Origin: the human T2T-CHM13v2.0 reference genome, Homo sapiens
DNA length: 64,000 nucleotides
Assembly: GCF_009914755.1 (NCBI RefSeq)
Contig: NC_060940.1
Reading direction: 5' to 3' (one strand)
How positions within the stretch are numbered: position 1 is the stretch's first letter; every line of letters begins with the position of its first letter. The notes beneath the pieces are model-generated. The model was not told where the DNA came from. It saw nothing but the letters and a program-made list of their open reading frames with translations, and did no database searches. Positions 21,258-42,209 of the stretch are shown piece by piece. Both the position numbers and the translations under genes were made by a program.

Positions 21258-21940
21258 CTACTATACCTGGCTAAGAACAACCTTCCTAATTAAGGAACAG
21301 ATCTTTACCAGTACCTTAAAGCCCTAAACAATCCCCCTTGGTCACATTCTTTTCTCTCCTCCATAAAGATAACCACACCCTAGGCTGGGTGTGGTGGTTC
21401 ACACCTGTAACCCCAGCACTTTGGGAGGCCAAGGTGGGCAAATCACTTGAGGTCAGGAGTTTGAGACCAGCCTGACCAACATGGAGAAACCCTGTCTCTA
21501 CTAAAAATAGAAAATTAGCTGGGCGTGGCGACGCATGCCTATAATTCCAGATACTTGGGAGGCTGAAGCAGGAGAATTGCTTGAACCCGGGAGACAGAGA
21601 TTGTGGTGAGCCGAATCACGCCATTGCATTCCAGCCTGGGCAACAGGAGCAAAACTCCGTCTCAAAAAAAAAAAAAAAAAAAAAGATAACCACACCCTGA
21701 CTTTTGTGGTAATCATTCCCTTTCTTTTCTTTATTACCATTTGTGTATTTATACCTGGATAATAAGTTGATAGTTTGAGCTTTCTTTCTCCCCTAGCACT
21801 TTGGTAAGAATTCTAGGAATTAGGGAACTCTGACACGGTACCACCCCCATGTCCCCTCCTTTATCCCTCAGGGCAGAATTGGATTAAGCAGTATTGACCC
21901 AGTCCCAAAGTGCAGCTTGTCTAAACCTTCATCTCCTTGA

Positions 21941-22237
<297 letters not shown>

Positions 22238-22401
22238 TAAGCTTTGCATCTAAGCTTGTGCCCAGAGGTTCCGTGCCTAGAAGACAGGCAGGCTGGCATG
22301 AAGCACATGGTTAAATATTCTGGTTCCATGTGTTGGGCTGGGCTAGGCCAAAGGTGGCTAGTGTTCCTGGTCCTGACTTGGTTGTGTCGATCTCTCTGCA
22401 G

Positions 22402-22530
22402 AGTTTCCCTACGTATACCCTGGTGGTTCAAGCTGCTGACCTTCAAGGTGAGGGGTTAAGCACAACAGCAACAGCTGTGATCACAGTCACTGACACCAAC
22501 GATAATCCTCCGATCTTCAATCCCACCACG
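22402..22530 (+). CDS. CDH1: E-cadherin exon 8 (EC2-EC3 linker)
   Basis: ctgcAG|AGTTTC ... CCACG|GTaatt; 129 nt, phase 0-0; [18 protein letters not shown]...[13 protein letters not shown]. Confidence 0.99.
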
Positions 22531-23555
22531 GTAATTCTATAACTCCTTAGAGGGTTTCCAAAGAAAGGTCTTTTGTTGTTCATGAACTAAGTGTCACCAC
22601 TGCTCATGGGCGAAGTCTTTGAAAACTCTCTCCAGACTAGAGAATGTTAACTTTAAACTTAAAAGCAAGCATCTTGAGATGGCAGTTGTCTTTTAGTATC
22701 TTTTTTCCACCCTTGGCCTGGGGCCAATTGGTGCAAGATTGTGAAGTTGCAAAAAGCACCTACTGATTTCATAGTCTCATGGTACATTTTTATAGCAAAT
22801 ATTACCTGGTTTCATTTCTTTATTGAACAAATATTTTCTAAGTTTATATTAGGCACTGTGTTAGACACTGGAGAGACCATCACACACAAAGATTCCATTC
22901 TCATGGTGTTTCTGGTATAGCCAGGAAGACATCTTATGAGAATTATTGTATGCCAAGGATATTACATGCATTCAAGGAGAAGGTATTGAGAACCAAGTAG
23001 GGTAAGTTTAAATCATCCTGTATAATGGCCAGGCGTGGTGGCTCACACCTGTAATCTAGCAAGTTGAGAGGCCAAGGCTGGTGGATCCCTTGAGGATGGA
23101 GTTTGAGACCAGCCTGGCCAACGTGGCGAAACTCCATCTCCACTAAAAATACAAAAATTAGCTGGGCGTGGTGGTGCATGCTTGTAATCCCAGCTACTCG
23201 GGCATCTGAGGCATGAGAGTTGCTTGAACCCAGGAGGCGGAGGCTGCAGTGAGCCGAGATTGTACCATTGCACCCCAGTGCGCCCATTGCCTGGCCTCTC
23301 CTTGTCACATCTTCTCCTTGAAGCTTGCTTTCAGTTAGCCAGGTGTGGTGGTGCATGCCTGTGGTCCCAGCTACTCTGGAGGCTGAGGTGGGAGGATTGC
23401 TTGAGCCCAGGAGGTTGAGGCTACAGTGAGCCATGATCGCTCAAATACACTCCAGCCTGGTGACAGTGAGATCTTATCTCAAAAGAACAACAAAAAAAGA
23501 GGAATCCTTTAGCCCCCTGAGACTCAGCTCTGCTAGCAGTCTTGGTACTTTGTAA

Positions 23556-25505
<1,950 letters not shown>

Positions 25506-25781
25506 AGAAACTTGAAAACTAAGAATTTGAGTGAATTGCTTGTTGAAGTGACTGGATCCCTAGAATAGCCCCAGCTTTGCCTTCCTCTTGAGTAGGTGAG
25601 CAGATTTGAGAAGCCATGGTAAGTAATTGTGGTTTCTGCCATTGAAAGTCATGGCAGAAACCACAGTTACTTTTGCACCAACCTAATATATTACCAAAAG
25701 CAACAGTTAAGGATTTAATTTTATTTTTACTAACACAAAATGTTTCGTTTTGTTTTTAACTTCATTGTTTCTGCTCTCTAG

Positions 25782-26027
<246 letters not shown>

Positions 26028-26780
26028 TAAGTGTGAGGATTTTTCAACTGACTTGCAGCAACTGGTTATTTTATATCATTTTATATGTAAATCAATAATA
26101 TGTACTTCATGGCATTTTGTCATTTGTCTGTACAAGACCATTCTCTTAATTTATTTTTTATTCCCTTTATCTGTGCTCCTTTCACCTGTTCCCTTCCCTT
26201 CACAGACAGCCGTTCTTGGTCTGATGTGCTGCCTCTCTTTGAGCTCTTGTAGTATGGTAGAAATGCAATTTTACTTTGCATACATACTATTGTGTTTTTT
26301 TGAGTTTGGAGTCTCACTTTGTCGCCCAGGCTAGCGTGCAGTGGCGTGATCTCTGCCTACTGCAGCCTCTGTCTCTTGGGTTCAAGCAATTTTCATGCCT
26401 CAGCCTTCCATGTAGCCAGGATTACAGGTGCCTGCCACCACGCCCGGCTAATTTTTGTATTTTTAGTAGAGACAAGGCTTCACCACATTGGCCAGGCTGG
26501 TCTCGAACTTCTGACCTCAAGTGATCTGCCTGCCTCCTAAAGTGCTGGGATTACAGGCGTGAGCCACCGCACCCAGCCCATAGTATTGTGTTCTAAGTAG
26601 CTTACTATCAGTATTTCTCCTTTCAAACTTGAAGGTACCTCTATAATGTAAATCACACAGATGCTGAGAACTGAGAACCCACATGCCAACCAACCAACTA
26701 CAACACTTGCTTTAAAATACTCTCATTTTGGGTTGGGCATAGCAGCTCATGCCTGTAATCCCAAAACTTAGGGAGGCCTA

Positions 26781-27038
<258 letters not shown>

Positions 27039-27619
27039 TCATTTTCTATGTGTAGCCAATGGACTCCTCATAATCTAGAGATATTTCTACATGCTCCAAA
27101 CTGTAAGGCCTGGCAAGATGGGTTTTAATCGAAGTTTAAAAGAATGATGAAAAGTCAAAGACAATAATGTAGGATTAGGTTCAGTGATGAAACCCTGGAT
27201 TGTACAGTTTCCAGGCTGGGTTGAAAGCTTGCAGTAGTGAAATAGATAGTTCAAAGCATCTCCTGGGGCAGATTCAGGGACCAGGTCTTTAGTGTCTGTT
27301 TCCAGAGGCCCTTACGCCTGGAACAATGACCACTTGATGTAATTCATTGCTTTGCACTTCCAAAGAAGTGAGGCCAAGCCCACAGTTTCTTAGAGCCCTT
27401 TCCTCCTTTGATTTCTTAGTTTCTCTTTCAGAGCCTTTCCATGACCCTAGTAAATAACTGAGCAGTAGATCTCTGTTAGCCTCCCTGTACCTCCCATTAA
27501 ATGGCAATAGTGCAGTCCACCCACAGGTCAACAGGGCAACCTGCATCTCCAGATGTTCATGACAGGAGAGGAGGTGGCATGTTGCCACCATTTAGGAACT
27601 ACTGTATTGTTTGGGGGAG

Positions 27620-28790
27620 CTGGTCTGCAGGAGTCTGCTTTTAAAAATAAATAAGGATTATAGTAATCATTGCTTCAGCAAGAATCATCCACAGATGCCA
27701 AATCCATTGGGTGAAAATTAGTTGCTGAACAAGATATTCTCAAATTATCTACCTGCAGATTATAGGTTAATCATGCAGTGAAAAAAGGCACCTTTGCTGT
27801 GAAGAAATCTGGTGGCCTTTCCCTTATCCAAGTGATCAAAGTTATCAATAGAAGCACAGACAGACATCATGTGCCTCCCAGTGTCCTGCACTAGGGAGGC
27901 CACAGCATCACCTCTGTCCTGTTCTTGCCCCCACCGACCCCTGAAATGGATTACCTGAATCTAAATTTTGAGGAATAATCAGACAAACCCAAGTTAAGGG
28001 GCATGCTACAAAACAACGGCCAGCACATTTCAAAAATGTCAGTGACAGAAAAGAAAGACCTAAGGAAGAGCCATGCCAACGAAAGGCCATATTGGATCCT
28101 GAATCCAGAAGGGTGCAAGGTTGCTATAAAGGACATTTTTGGAAAATCTGACAATTCGAATATGCACCATATATTCGACAATAGAATTCTATCAAAGTTT
28201 TGTTTCCTAAAATTGAAAATCAAGACTGGTCACGGTGGCTCACACCTGCAATCCCAGTGCTTTGGGAGGCCGAGATGGGTGGATCATCTGAGGTCAGGAG
28301 ATCGAGACTATCCTGGCTAACATGGTGAAACCTCGTCTCTACTAAAAATACAAAAAATTAGCCGGGCGTGGTGGCGGGTGCCTGTAGACCCAGCTATTCA
28401 GGAGGCTGGGGCAGGAGAATGGCATGAACCTGGGAGGTGGAGCTTGCAGTGAGCTGAGATCACGCCACTGTACTCCAGCCTGGGCGACAGAACGAGACTC
28501 TGTCCCAAAAAAAAAAAAAAAGAAAAGAAAAAAAAAGAAAATCAAATTGGGGTTATATAACAGAATGCCTTTGTTCTTAGGAGATAACACATTGACATAT
28601 TTATAAGTAAAGGAACATGACTTCTGCAATTTATTTGCAGATGGTTCAGCAGAACAAGAAATTATGTAGGCGTGTGTCAATATAGACAGAGCAGATGTGG
28701 CAAAGTATTAACAATGAGTAAACTCAGGTGAAGAGTTCATGGATGGTCATCATACTATTATAGTAACTTGTCTGTTGTATTGTTGGTTTT
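27620..28790 (+). mobile_element. Old L1M 3'-region relic interrupted by an AluY (~28225-28540)
   Basis: ttggatcctg, tctgcaatttatttgca...atgtggcaaag...ttaacaa...ggtgaag motifs typical of L1MC/ME 3' ends. Confidence 0.55.
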
Positions 28791-29735
<945 letters not shown>

Positions 29736-29789
29736 TAGTTCAGTTCCTTGCCCCTCCCTTCTTTTGGAGGGAAGAGTTCATTCTTTTTC

Positions 29790-30135
29790 TTTTATCCTTT
29801 TTGTTTGCTGGATTGATTTGTATAAATGTATGGAGTACAAGGGTAATTTTGTTACATGCATAGATGTGTAGTGGTAAAGTCAGGGCTTTTAGGGTATCCG
29901 TCACCCAAATAACATGCATTGTACCCATTAAGTAATTGTTCATCATCTACCCCCTCCCACCCCTTGGACCCTTCCCAGCTGCCATTGTCTATCATTCCAC
30001 AATCTACATCCATGTGTACACATTATCGAACTCTGACTTCTAAGTGAGAACATGCAGTATTTCTCCTTATATGTCTGATTCGTTTCACTTGAGACAATGG
30101 CCTCCAGTTTCATCCATGTTGCTGCAAAAGATTTC
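29790..30135 (-). mobile_element. L1MA/L1PB-type 3' end
   Basis: tttgttacatgcataga...agtgagaacatgcagtatt...atggcctccagtttcatccatgttgctgcaaaaga. Confidence 0.85.
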
Positions 30136-30182
30136 TCTTTTATTCTTAAACAAAGGCATTCTTATTATCAAAAATTCAAGTG

Positions 30183-30914
<732 letters not shown>

Positions 30915-31422
30915 CTGCTGTTTAATTTTTATGTCCCTCAATTCCTTTACCTGAAAAATGTTAATACCCATGTGGGTGAAATTAGTTAGGTGTTAAATCA
31001 GTTAGGTGTGGGTCCTTCCAGACTGCTTCTGTGTATTTAAATACATTTATAGGCTGGGTGCTAGGGTCACACCTGTAATCCCAACACTTTGGGGGTCTGA
31101 GGTGGGAGATGGCTTGAGGCCAGGAGTTCAAGACTAGCCTGGGCAACATACTGCCCATAATCTCAAAATGCTGGGATTACAGGCATGAGTTATCATGCTT
31201 GGCCTCCTTGAGTTAATTTTAAATGACGTGTGCTCATTGTTAAAAAATAAAATTTACATGAGAAAAAAGTTTTAAAAATTTACAGTCATGCCATCTAGAC
31301 ATATCTATTTATAGGTTTGAGATGGATTCTTCTGTTGTTTTGTATCCGTATCGTATACTAATATTGATGATAGTTCCCTGGGTACCAATTTTTCCTACTA
31401 CCATATGCTCCGTGTTGTGTCA

Positions 31423-31584
<162 letters not shown>

Positions 31585-32160
31585 TTAAAAACTAGCCAAG
31601 CATGGTGGCATGCGCCTGTAGTCTCAGCTACTAGGGAGGCAGAGGTGGGAGATTAAGCCCAGGAGGTAGAGGCTGCAGTGAACTGTGTTCATGCCACTGC
31701 ATTCCCGCCTGGGTGACAGAGTGAGACTCTGCCTCAAAAAAAAAAAAAAAAGCGTATGTGAACTCCCCAATCTATTTTGAAAACCAATTTGCAGAGACTT
31801 CAAAAGACCCAACTCATCCCCTTTGATTTTAAGCTTCTAGTCAGGCTTAAAATTAAAATAAATAAAAAGACTCAATGCTTTGTTAATGACCTCAAATGGC
31901 AGGAAAGTGCAGAAAAAGGAGAACTAGGGAAACAACAGGCAGGCAATAGGACTTCTTGGAGTAGTTAAAATTCAGTGAATGAATAACGATATGTGAAGAA
32001 GGAGGAGTGTGTTCTTGGTGTGAGGAATAACTTGAATAATTGTTATCAAGGTGGGAATAAGTTGTCTGTGTAAAACGGCCAGAGACCTGCCCACCTGGGA
32101 GTGGAGGTCCTTTGGGATTGGTGGGACAGGAGGTTCTGCGGGTGGAGTGGGGCCTGGTGA

Positions 32161-32673
<513 letters not shown>

Positions 32674-32715
32674 TAACTTTGTAGCATGCTACCCAGTAAT
32701 CTAAAACCCAAGCAG

Positions 32716-33534
32716 GGCTCCCTCTCCCAGCCTCTAGCCACCCTCCACTCCCCTCTCCACTTGCAACCAGGACCATCTTCTCTGCTACCTCCTGCTCCTG
32801 GGACCAAACAACACCATTTTTGTGGTTAGCTCCTTCTTGCCAACCAATCGTGAGCTCCCAGATTCATCAGAACTATTCTACCGAGGTGGAGGCAGCTGTC
32901 AACTGCCTGGTCAATTTGCATATATGGGCTTCCTACACCTACTTCTCTCTGGGCTTCTATTTCCACCATGACGATGTGGATCTGGAAGGTGTGCACCACT
33001 TCTTCCACAAATTGGCCAAGGAGAAGCACAAGGGCGCTGAGTGTCCCTTGAAAATGCAAAACCAGTGTGGCGGCCGCACTGTCTTCCCGGACATCCAGAA
33101 GCCATGTAAAGATGAATGGGGTAAAACCCTGGGTGCGATGGAAGTCACTCTGGCCCTGGAGAAGAACCTGAACTGGACCCTTTTGGATCTTCATGCCTTG
33201 GGTTCCACCTGCACAGACCCCCATATCTGTGACTTCCTGGAGAGCCACTTCCTAGATGAAAAAGTAAAACTCATCAAGAAGATAGGTGACCACCTGACCA
33301 ACCTTCACAGGCCAGCCGGCCTCCAGGCCGGGCTGGGCAAAAAGGTTCACCCTCAGGCACACGGGAGCCTACCGAACCCAGCGACATCTGAAGAGCCCCG
33401 CTCTGCCTAAGCCTCTCCCTCCAGCCACTAGGCAGCTTTTTTAAACCAACTCTAGAGCCCTCTCCCAAGCCTTAGACCAAATGGAAATAAAGCTTTTTAC
33501 AGCAAAAAAAAAAAAAAAAAAGTACATACCTAAA
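32716..33534 (+). pseudogene. FTLP14: Processed ferritin light chain pseudogene in CDH1 intron 12, sense orientation
   Basis: Intronless FTL-like frame ([18 protein letters not shown]...[15 protein letters not shown]...AGLG); ATG mutated to GTG at 32850; FTL-type UTRs; AATAAA 33486-33491; A18 tract 33504-33521; TSD TAAAACCCAAGCAG at 32702-32715 and 33535-33548. The pseudogene number is from recall. Confidence 0.95.
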
Positions 33535-33537
33535 TAA

Positions 33538-33927
<390 letters not shown>

Positions 33928-34159
33928 TAAAAAAATGGAGGAGGTTTATTTCCTGGAAATGATTTTTGTTCTTATATTAATAAGGATATAGGTTAGCTGA
34001 TGTGGGAAAGAGACTCCCAAGTTATGCCAGCCTCCATAAAATAGAAGTTTGTCTCTTACTGAACATTTCAGAGGTAAATGGTCTAAGATGGGAAGGCCAT
34101 GAAGTCAACAGGGGACCCAGGTTTCTTCTACCTTGTCTCTTTTCATTCTTCAAGACAGT

Positions 34160-34625
<466 letters not shown>

Positions 34626-36257
34626 AGAGTAGCAAGACCTTGGGGGCTGCCCTCATCAGCGTGGTCTAAGCTAGCCAGCTCACCACCACCACCTCTACAT
34701 TCCATCCTAGATTGGGGAAGGGGATAACAGAGGAAGTGGAGGCCAAACGACTGGAAGTTGCATATATCACCTCCACTTATATACCATTGGCCCAAACACA
34801 GCCACATCTAGCTGCAAGGGAACCTGGAAGCTTCTACTTACAATTGAAAATTGACATGGAGTAGGGGTGGAGTGTAGGGTGAGCAGTGAGTGTCAATGAC
34901 TAAAAGGATAAAGGAGAAAAAGGATGCTGAGGAAAATTGGCAGTTTCTGCCATAGTCCTTAAACCTGTTTCCATTGGAGCCCACCTGGAGTGAGCCCTAG
35001 GGGTGACACAGGAGCTGTTATGGTCAAGGTAAATACTTTTATCATTTACACACAGGGAGAAAGTACTGAATCTATTAAAGGAATAAATTAGCGATGAAAA
35101 CAGACTATGTGCATCAAAAGACAAAGTATCCATATGGAGGAGTGCACTACATCAGAACTCTGGTAGGGCTTTAAACATGTGAATGATGGAAGAGCAAGCA
35201 AATGATTATCACAGCAAATGAGAGCAAGTCAATTAGAAACCTTTGACCTGGTATGGTGGCTCACTCTTTGGGAGACCAGGGTGGGAGGATTGCTTGAAGC
35301 CAGGAGTTTGACACCAGCCTGGGCAACAAAGCAAGACTGTCTCTACAAAATAAAAATAAAAAATACATTTTTTTATTAAAAAAAATTTTTTAAAAGAAAT
35401 GTTTAAAGATCATATATAATTAGTGACTGCAAGGGGTGGTCCAGCTCATGAATGCCTTTGTAGTCAGGGTAGTCAGAAAAGGCTGTTAATTGAGTCTCAA
35501 GGACAGTTTTGTGGAAGATGTAAGTGGTTAGGCCACAGGGGCTGGTAGAATTCCAACAGGCAGATGGGTATTTAGGAAGGTTCCCCTCCTAGCAAAGCAC
35601 AGCAGAGGCTTGAGGAGACTCCTAGAAGAGCAGAGACCAGGCCAAGCTGGTGGGAATGGAAAAAGAATTTTGGAGGGAGCAGTGGGACCAAATCTAGGGT
35701 TTTCAATTTAGATTGAGCATGGGTGCCATTGATCCTGCTGCTGCTGCCTCAGTGGACTCCAGGAGAGGGTGCCTTTCAACCTTCCAGAAATGTCTGCTGG
35801 GCATCCCATTTGCTTCTGCCCCCTCCTGGTGTCCTCCCAAAGTTGAAGAAAAGGATAGTGCTGTTGAGAATTGAGCAAGCCTTCTGGACTTTCATCCTGC
35901 CAGGCTTTACATGGCTTTATTGTGCCATGAGATTAGGTTAATTCATCATTGCCTTGGGCAGGGTAACACAAGCCCTGCCTGCCCACTTCCTAGTCAAATT
36001 ACATTTCAGTGGCCTGGTCTGCTTTTGGTATAGTGGTTACTGACCAGTACATTCATTCTAAAGGGAATCTTTTTTTTTTTTTTTTTTTTTTTTTAGGCAA
36101 GTTCTCATTCTGTGGGCCCGGCTGGAGTGCAGTGGAGTGATCTCAGATCTCAGGTCACTGCAGCCTTGACTTCCGGGGCTCAGGCAATCCTCCCACCTCA
36201 GACCCCTGGGTGGCTGGGACCACAGGCATGAGCCACCACACCCAGCTAATTTTTTAA

Positions 36258-36413
<156 letters not shown>

Positions 36414-36575
36414 TGAAATATTTTTTTTTTAAATAGGATTACCTAAATTTGCTATGGGTATGTATTTTTTTAGACACTGGGGGTGGGGATTCCCATGTAG
36501 AGCAACATTTAAAACAGAGGCAATGCCAGAGTTCAGATGTTCAATTTCAATTTCTTGTATTTTTAACTTCTATGA

Positions 36576-36725
<150 letters not shown>

Positions 36726-37241
36726 TAAGGGCACAAATGTGCTAGAGGCTGGGCACGGTGGCTCACATCTATAATCTCAACACTTTGGGAGGCTGAGGTG
36801 GCAGGATTGCTTGAACCTAGGTTTCAAGATCAGCCTAGGCAACATAGCAAGATCCCATCTCTATTAAAAAAAATTACTAGAGAGACACCAGGAGATCTGA
36901 AGCTTTTCATGTTTTCCGCCAATGTTTGATTGCTTACTCTGTGCCAGGCTTTTTCTCAGAGCCTGCGGATACTGGGCTTCTGGCACAGCTGATAAGAGGG
37001 GTCATTTTGGAAACGGTAAACTGCCTCTTGCTTTGCATGGATGGGGACTGTGTAGCTCCTATAGTCTTGTTCAGTGCTGTCTCCCTGTGCAGCCAATTCA
37101 GTGTTCTTGTTGATGAATCATGGACAAGGGAGTTATGCTGTTTATCTGGATAAGGTTTCTGGCATTTTTCTGGTTTTAGAAATAGGTAGTTGAGGTACAT
37201 CTGAGAAATCTTTTCCCCAAGTTTATGCAACCTCCTGTTTA

Positions 37242-37475
<234 letters not shown>

Positions 37476-37929
37476 TCAGTGAGCTGAGATTGCGCCACTA
37501 CACTCCAGCCTGGGCAACAGAGTGAGACTCTGTCTCAAAATAATAATAAATAAATAAATAAATAAAGATTATGCTTCATAGGGTACAGTATATAGGTACT
37601 TGGGCACCCATGGATAGAAAACACATGGAATCTTTTTTTTTTTCATTCACAGTGAATAATATATGTATTTTCTAAGTTAAGTGGTTTCTTTCTGGCTGCT
37701 TTAGAGATTTTTTTTTTAAAGTTAAATGTTAATTGTGTATATCCTAGAAATAATCCCAAGATCAAATGTAACCCTTGTGTTAAGCCTTGGAAGTTAAATA
37801 GATTTTAAAGCTTGCTTACATGATTCTATCTTAAGAGAAAATAAGAACATACCAGGCAATTTTATAGTCTCTGTCCCACTCCCCATAGCTGGTTATGTAT
37901 CAATCACATTTGGGCTAACCTAGGAGCCC

Positions 37930-38165
37930 TGCTCACAAACCTTCAATGGCTCCAACTCAGAATCAAAGCCAAAGTCCTCACAGTGGCCCATATGTCCCTC
38001 CCGCCCTGCTTGCCCCTCCGAGCTCTTCTCCATGTCTCTTCCCCTCATGCACCCTGCTACAGCCATGCTGGCCTCCTCACCTTCCCTCCATCACACCAAA
38101 CATGCTCCTCCTGCCTCAGGACCTCTGTCCTTACTGTTTCCTCTGCCTGGAACACTTTCCCCCAG
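37930..38165. mobile_element. L2 relic
   Basis: ccttcaatggctcc...cagccatgctggcctcct...tgcctcaggacct...tgcctggaacact. Confidence 0.75.
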
Positions 38166-38357
38166 ATTTGGGAAAATGACAGTGATTGAGTTTAAAACCC
38201 ATCTGAAAGTTAAGGACCATGCTTGAGTTCACATATCACTGTCTACTATGTTGTACTGTACATACCGACTTCAGGGATGTGAGTGTCACGTGGATTGACA
38301 TCTTCAAGTGTATTGAAGGCAGCTAGTGGCTGTCTAACTGCCCCCTGTCTGGTATGA

Positions 38358-38630
<273 letters not shown>

Positions 38631-39871
38631 TAGTAAGAGGTAGGCATTTGAAACAGCTCTGAATCACTTTGGATATTATCTTTTTAAGGCCTTACCCAAG
38701 AAAGTAGACATTGTCATTGACCATCATCATCATCACATCATCACCAACACAGCTAACATTTATTGATCGCATACTGTTCTGCACCTCAGTGAGCGAGCTG
38801 AGGCACAGAGAAGCTCAGTAACTTGGCTAAGGTCACACAGCTAGGAAGCGACAGGGCTAAATGGTCTGTCTCAGAGCCTGCCTTCCTCATTGCCATTCTC
38901 TGGACGTGAACTTCAGCCAGATTCTCTTTGACATAGAACAACTGGTCTGCTTTGTTTCTTTTGAGTTTTTAGCTAGACCAAACTCCTTTTCTGTCATGGT
39001 TATACCTTCAGTCCCTCTGTATTTCCTGATTTTGGAGATGATCTTAACATCTTACCCTGGAGTTGTCCAGGGAACTGTTCAGTGTCTTGGAGAGCCTACT
39101 TATTATAGAAAGGGATCCATGGGGGTCTATTACAGAGTCCTGTTTTTGACTGAGGCCACAGAGTGAGGCACAATTTACTGAGCTCCATACAACATAGGGA
39201 GGTGGGTGTACAGAGAAAAATATTGTTCTAGATTTCAGGGACTTGTAAGTCTAGTTTGGGGATACCACGTATATTGTATCAGTGAGCAATAGAGCAACCA
39301 ATCGTGGAATCTCAGCGGCACACAACATGCGTATCTTTCTCATGTACCGTGGGGTAGCTGGAGCAACTGCTGGTCTCATCTAAGCTCATGAGAATCTGTA
39401 GGATGGCTGGGGCTCAGCAGATTTAGGCAGAGTTTAGCTGAATGGCTCTAACCTGTGAATTGTGTCCAGGTCTGTTCCATGCAAGTCTCATCTTTGTACC
39501 AGAAGCTGGTGCCTTTCAGACCTTTGCCTGTGTCATATGTTACTGTCCCATTGGCTAAGCAAGTCACACAACAAAGCCCCAGATCGATGGATGTATACTT
39601 TTCTCACAAGCTGGGGTTGGGAGGGAGTGAATATTTGCCAAACAGTGATCTAATCATCATGTCCTATGAAAATTAGTAAGGCACACAGCCTATATCTGGA
39701 TCCACACATGCTACTCACAATCCTTTGGGCCATGTTTTTTTCCAGTGCTATTTGGGAGACTTTTAGCTTGAAAACTGTCATTTTGCATTAAACTGGTAAA
39801 GATCATACAGTTGGCAGTGAAGGCATCATCCAACCATAATCTATAAACTGAACATAGCCCTGTGTGTATGA

Positions 39872-40439
<568 letters not shown>

Positions 40440-41166
40440 TAACTCCTGACTCAGGTGATCCACCTGCCTTGGCCTCCCAAAGTGCTGGGATTACAGGTGT
40501 GAGCCACCGCACCTGGCAGCCTGTTTTTCTTAATCTGTGTCTCATCTGAATTTTGGATCTAATCGTGCTTCAAATTGCAAAGTCCATGTGGCAAAACCAA
40601 CAATTGCCTGAAAGGATTTAGTAGATCTAGAAATGAAACTAGGAAGATTCTAAGTAAATTTCATTTTAGTTTCACTAATGGAATTTACTTCCCTTGCCTC
40701 CCACTGCTGGTTGGGATATAATGATAAATGTACATGACAAGCCTACCTGAGGATTAGAAAAATAGAATCTGTATTGTATATGTCAGAAATGCATTCAGCT
40801 CTAAATACAAGATGCTGAAACAGATGGGAGTAGATTTATCTTATACAAATAGAAAGTTGGGGTGAGCAGTCTAGGCCAGTGCATCAGGCTGTTCCATGTT
40901 TCTGCTCCATCATCTTAGCACGTAGACCCTTCTTCTCAGGCTTGTTGTCTCATGATCACAAGATGGCTGCCACACTTCCAGATCTTAAGTCTGTATTCCA
41001 GTCAGGAAAAAGTATGAAGAACAAAGCAGAGGGCAAAAGTCTTTCTTCTAGCAAACTGTCTTCTTATTCAACAAGGGAGTTGTCCAACCAGTTATTGGCC
41101 AGAACTATCAGAAGGTTGTGCCTGTCTGCAAGGGAGAATAACAAGGCATTAAATTAATTAGCTTAG

Positions 41167-41583
<417 letters not shown>

Positions 41584-41777
41584 TGACCTCAGGTGATCTG
41601 CCTGCCTTGGCCTCCCAAAGTGTTGGGATTACAGGCGTGAGCCACCACGCCCGGACTGCTTTAGCTTTCTATGGGAGCTGTCACTGAGGACTGTGAGGCA
41701 CTGCAGTGTTAGAAGTGATCAAGCCACATTCATTTTAGCCACTGGAAAAAACAAGAAACAGAAAGAAACCAGTTTAA

Positions 41778-42013
<236 letters not shown>

Positions 42014-42209
42014 TAGTCTGGTCTCAAACTCCTGACCTCGGGTGATCTCCCTGCCTCGGCCTCCCAAAGTACTGGGATTATGGGTGTGAGCCACCGCTCC
42101 TGACTACAGACCCCTTTTAGATACATCTGGATTCAGGCCTTTCCTCCATTCATACTCATTTGCAAGTCATCACTTGTATTTGCAGTTTTTATTTAAACTA
42201 TAAAAATAG

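Noticed and set aside
32826-33248. 140-aa minus-strand ORF
   Set aside because: Antisense shadow of the ferritin reading frame
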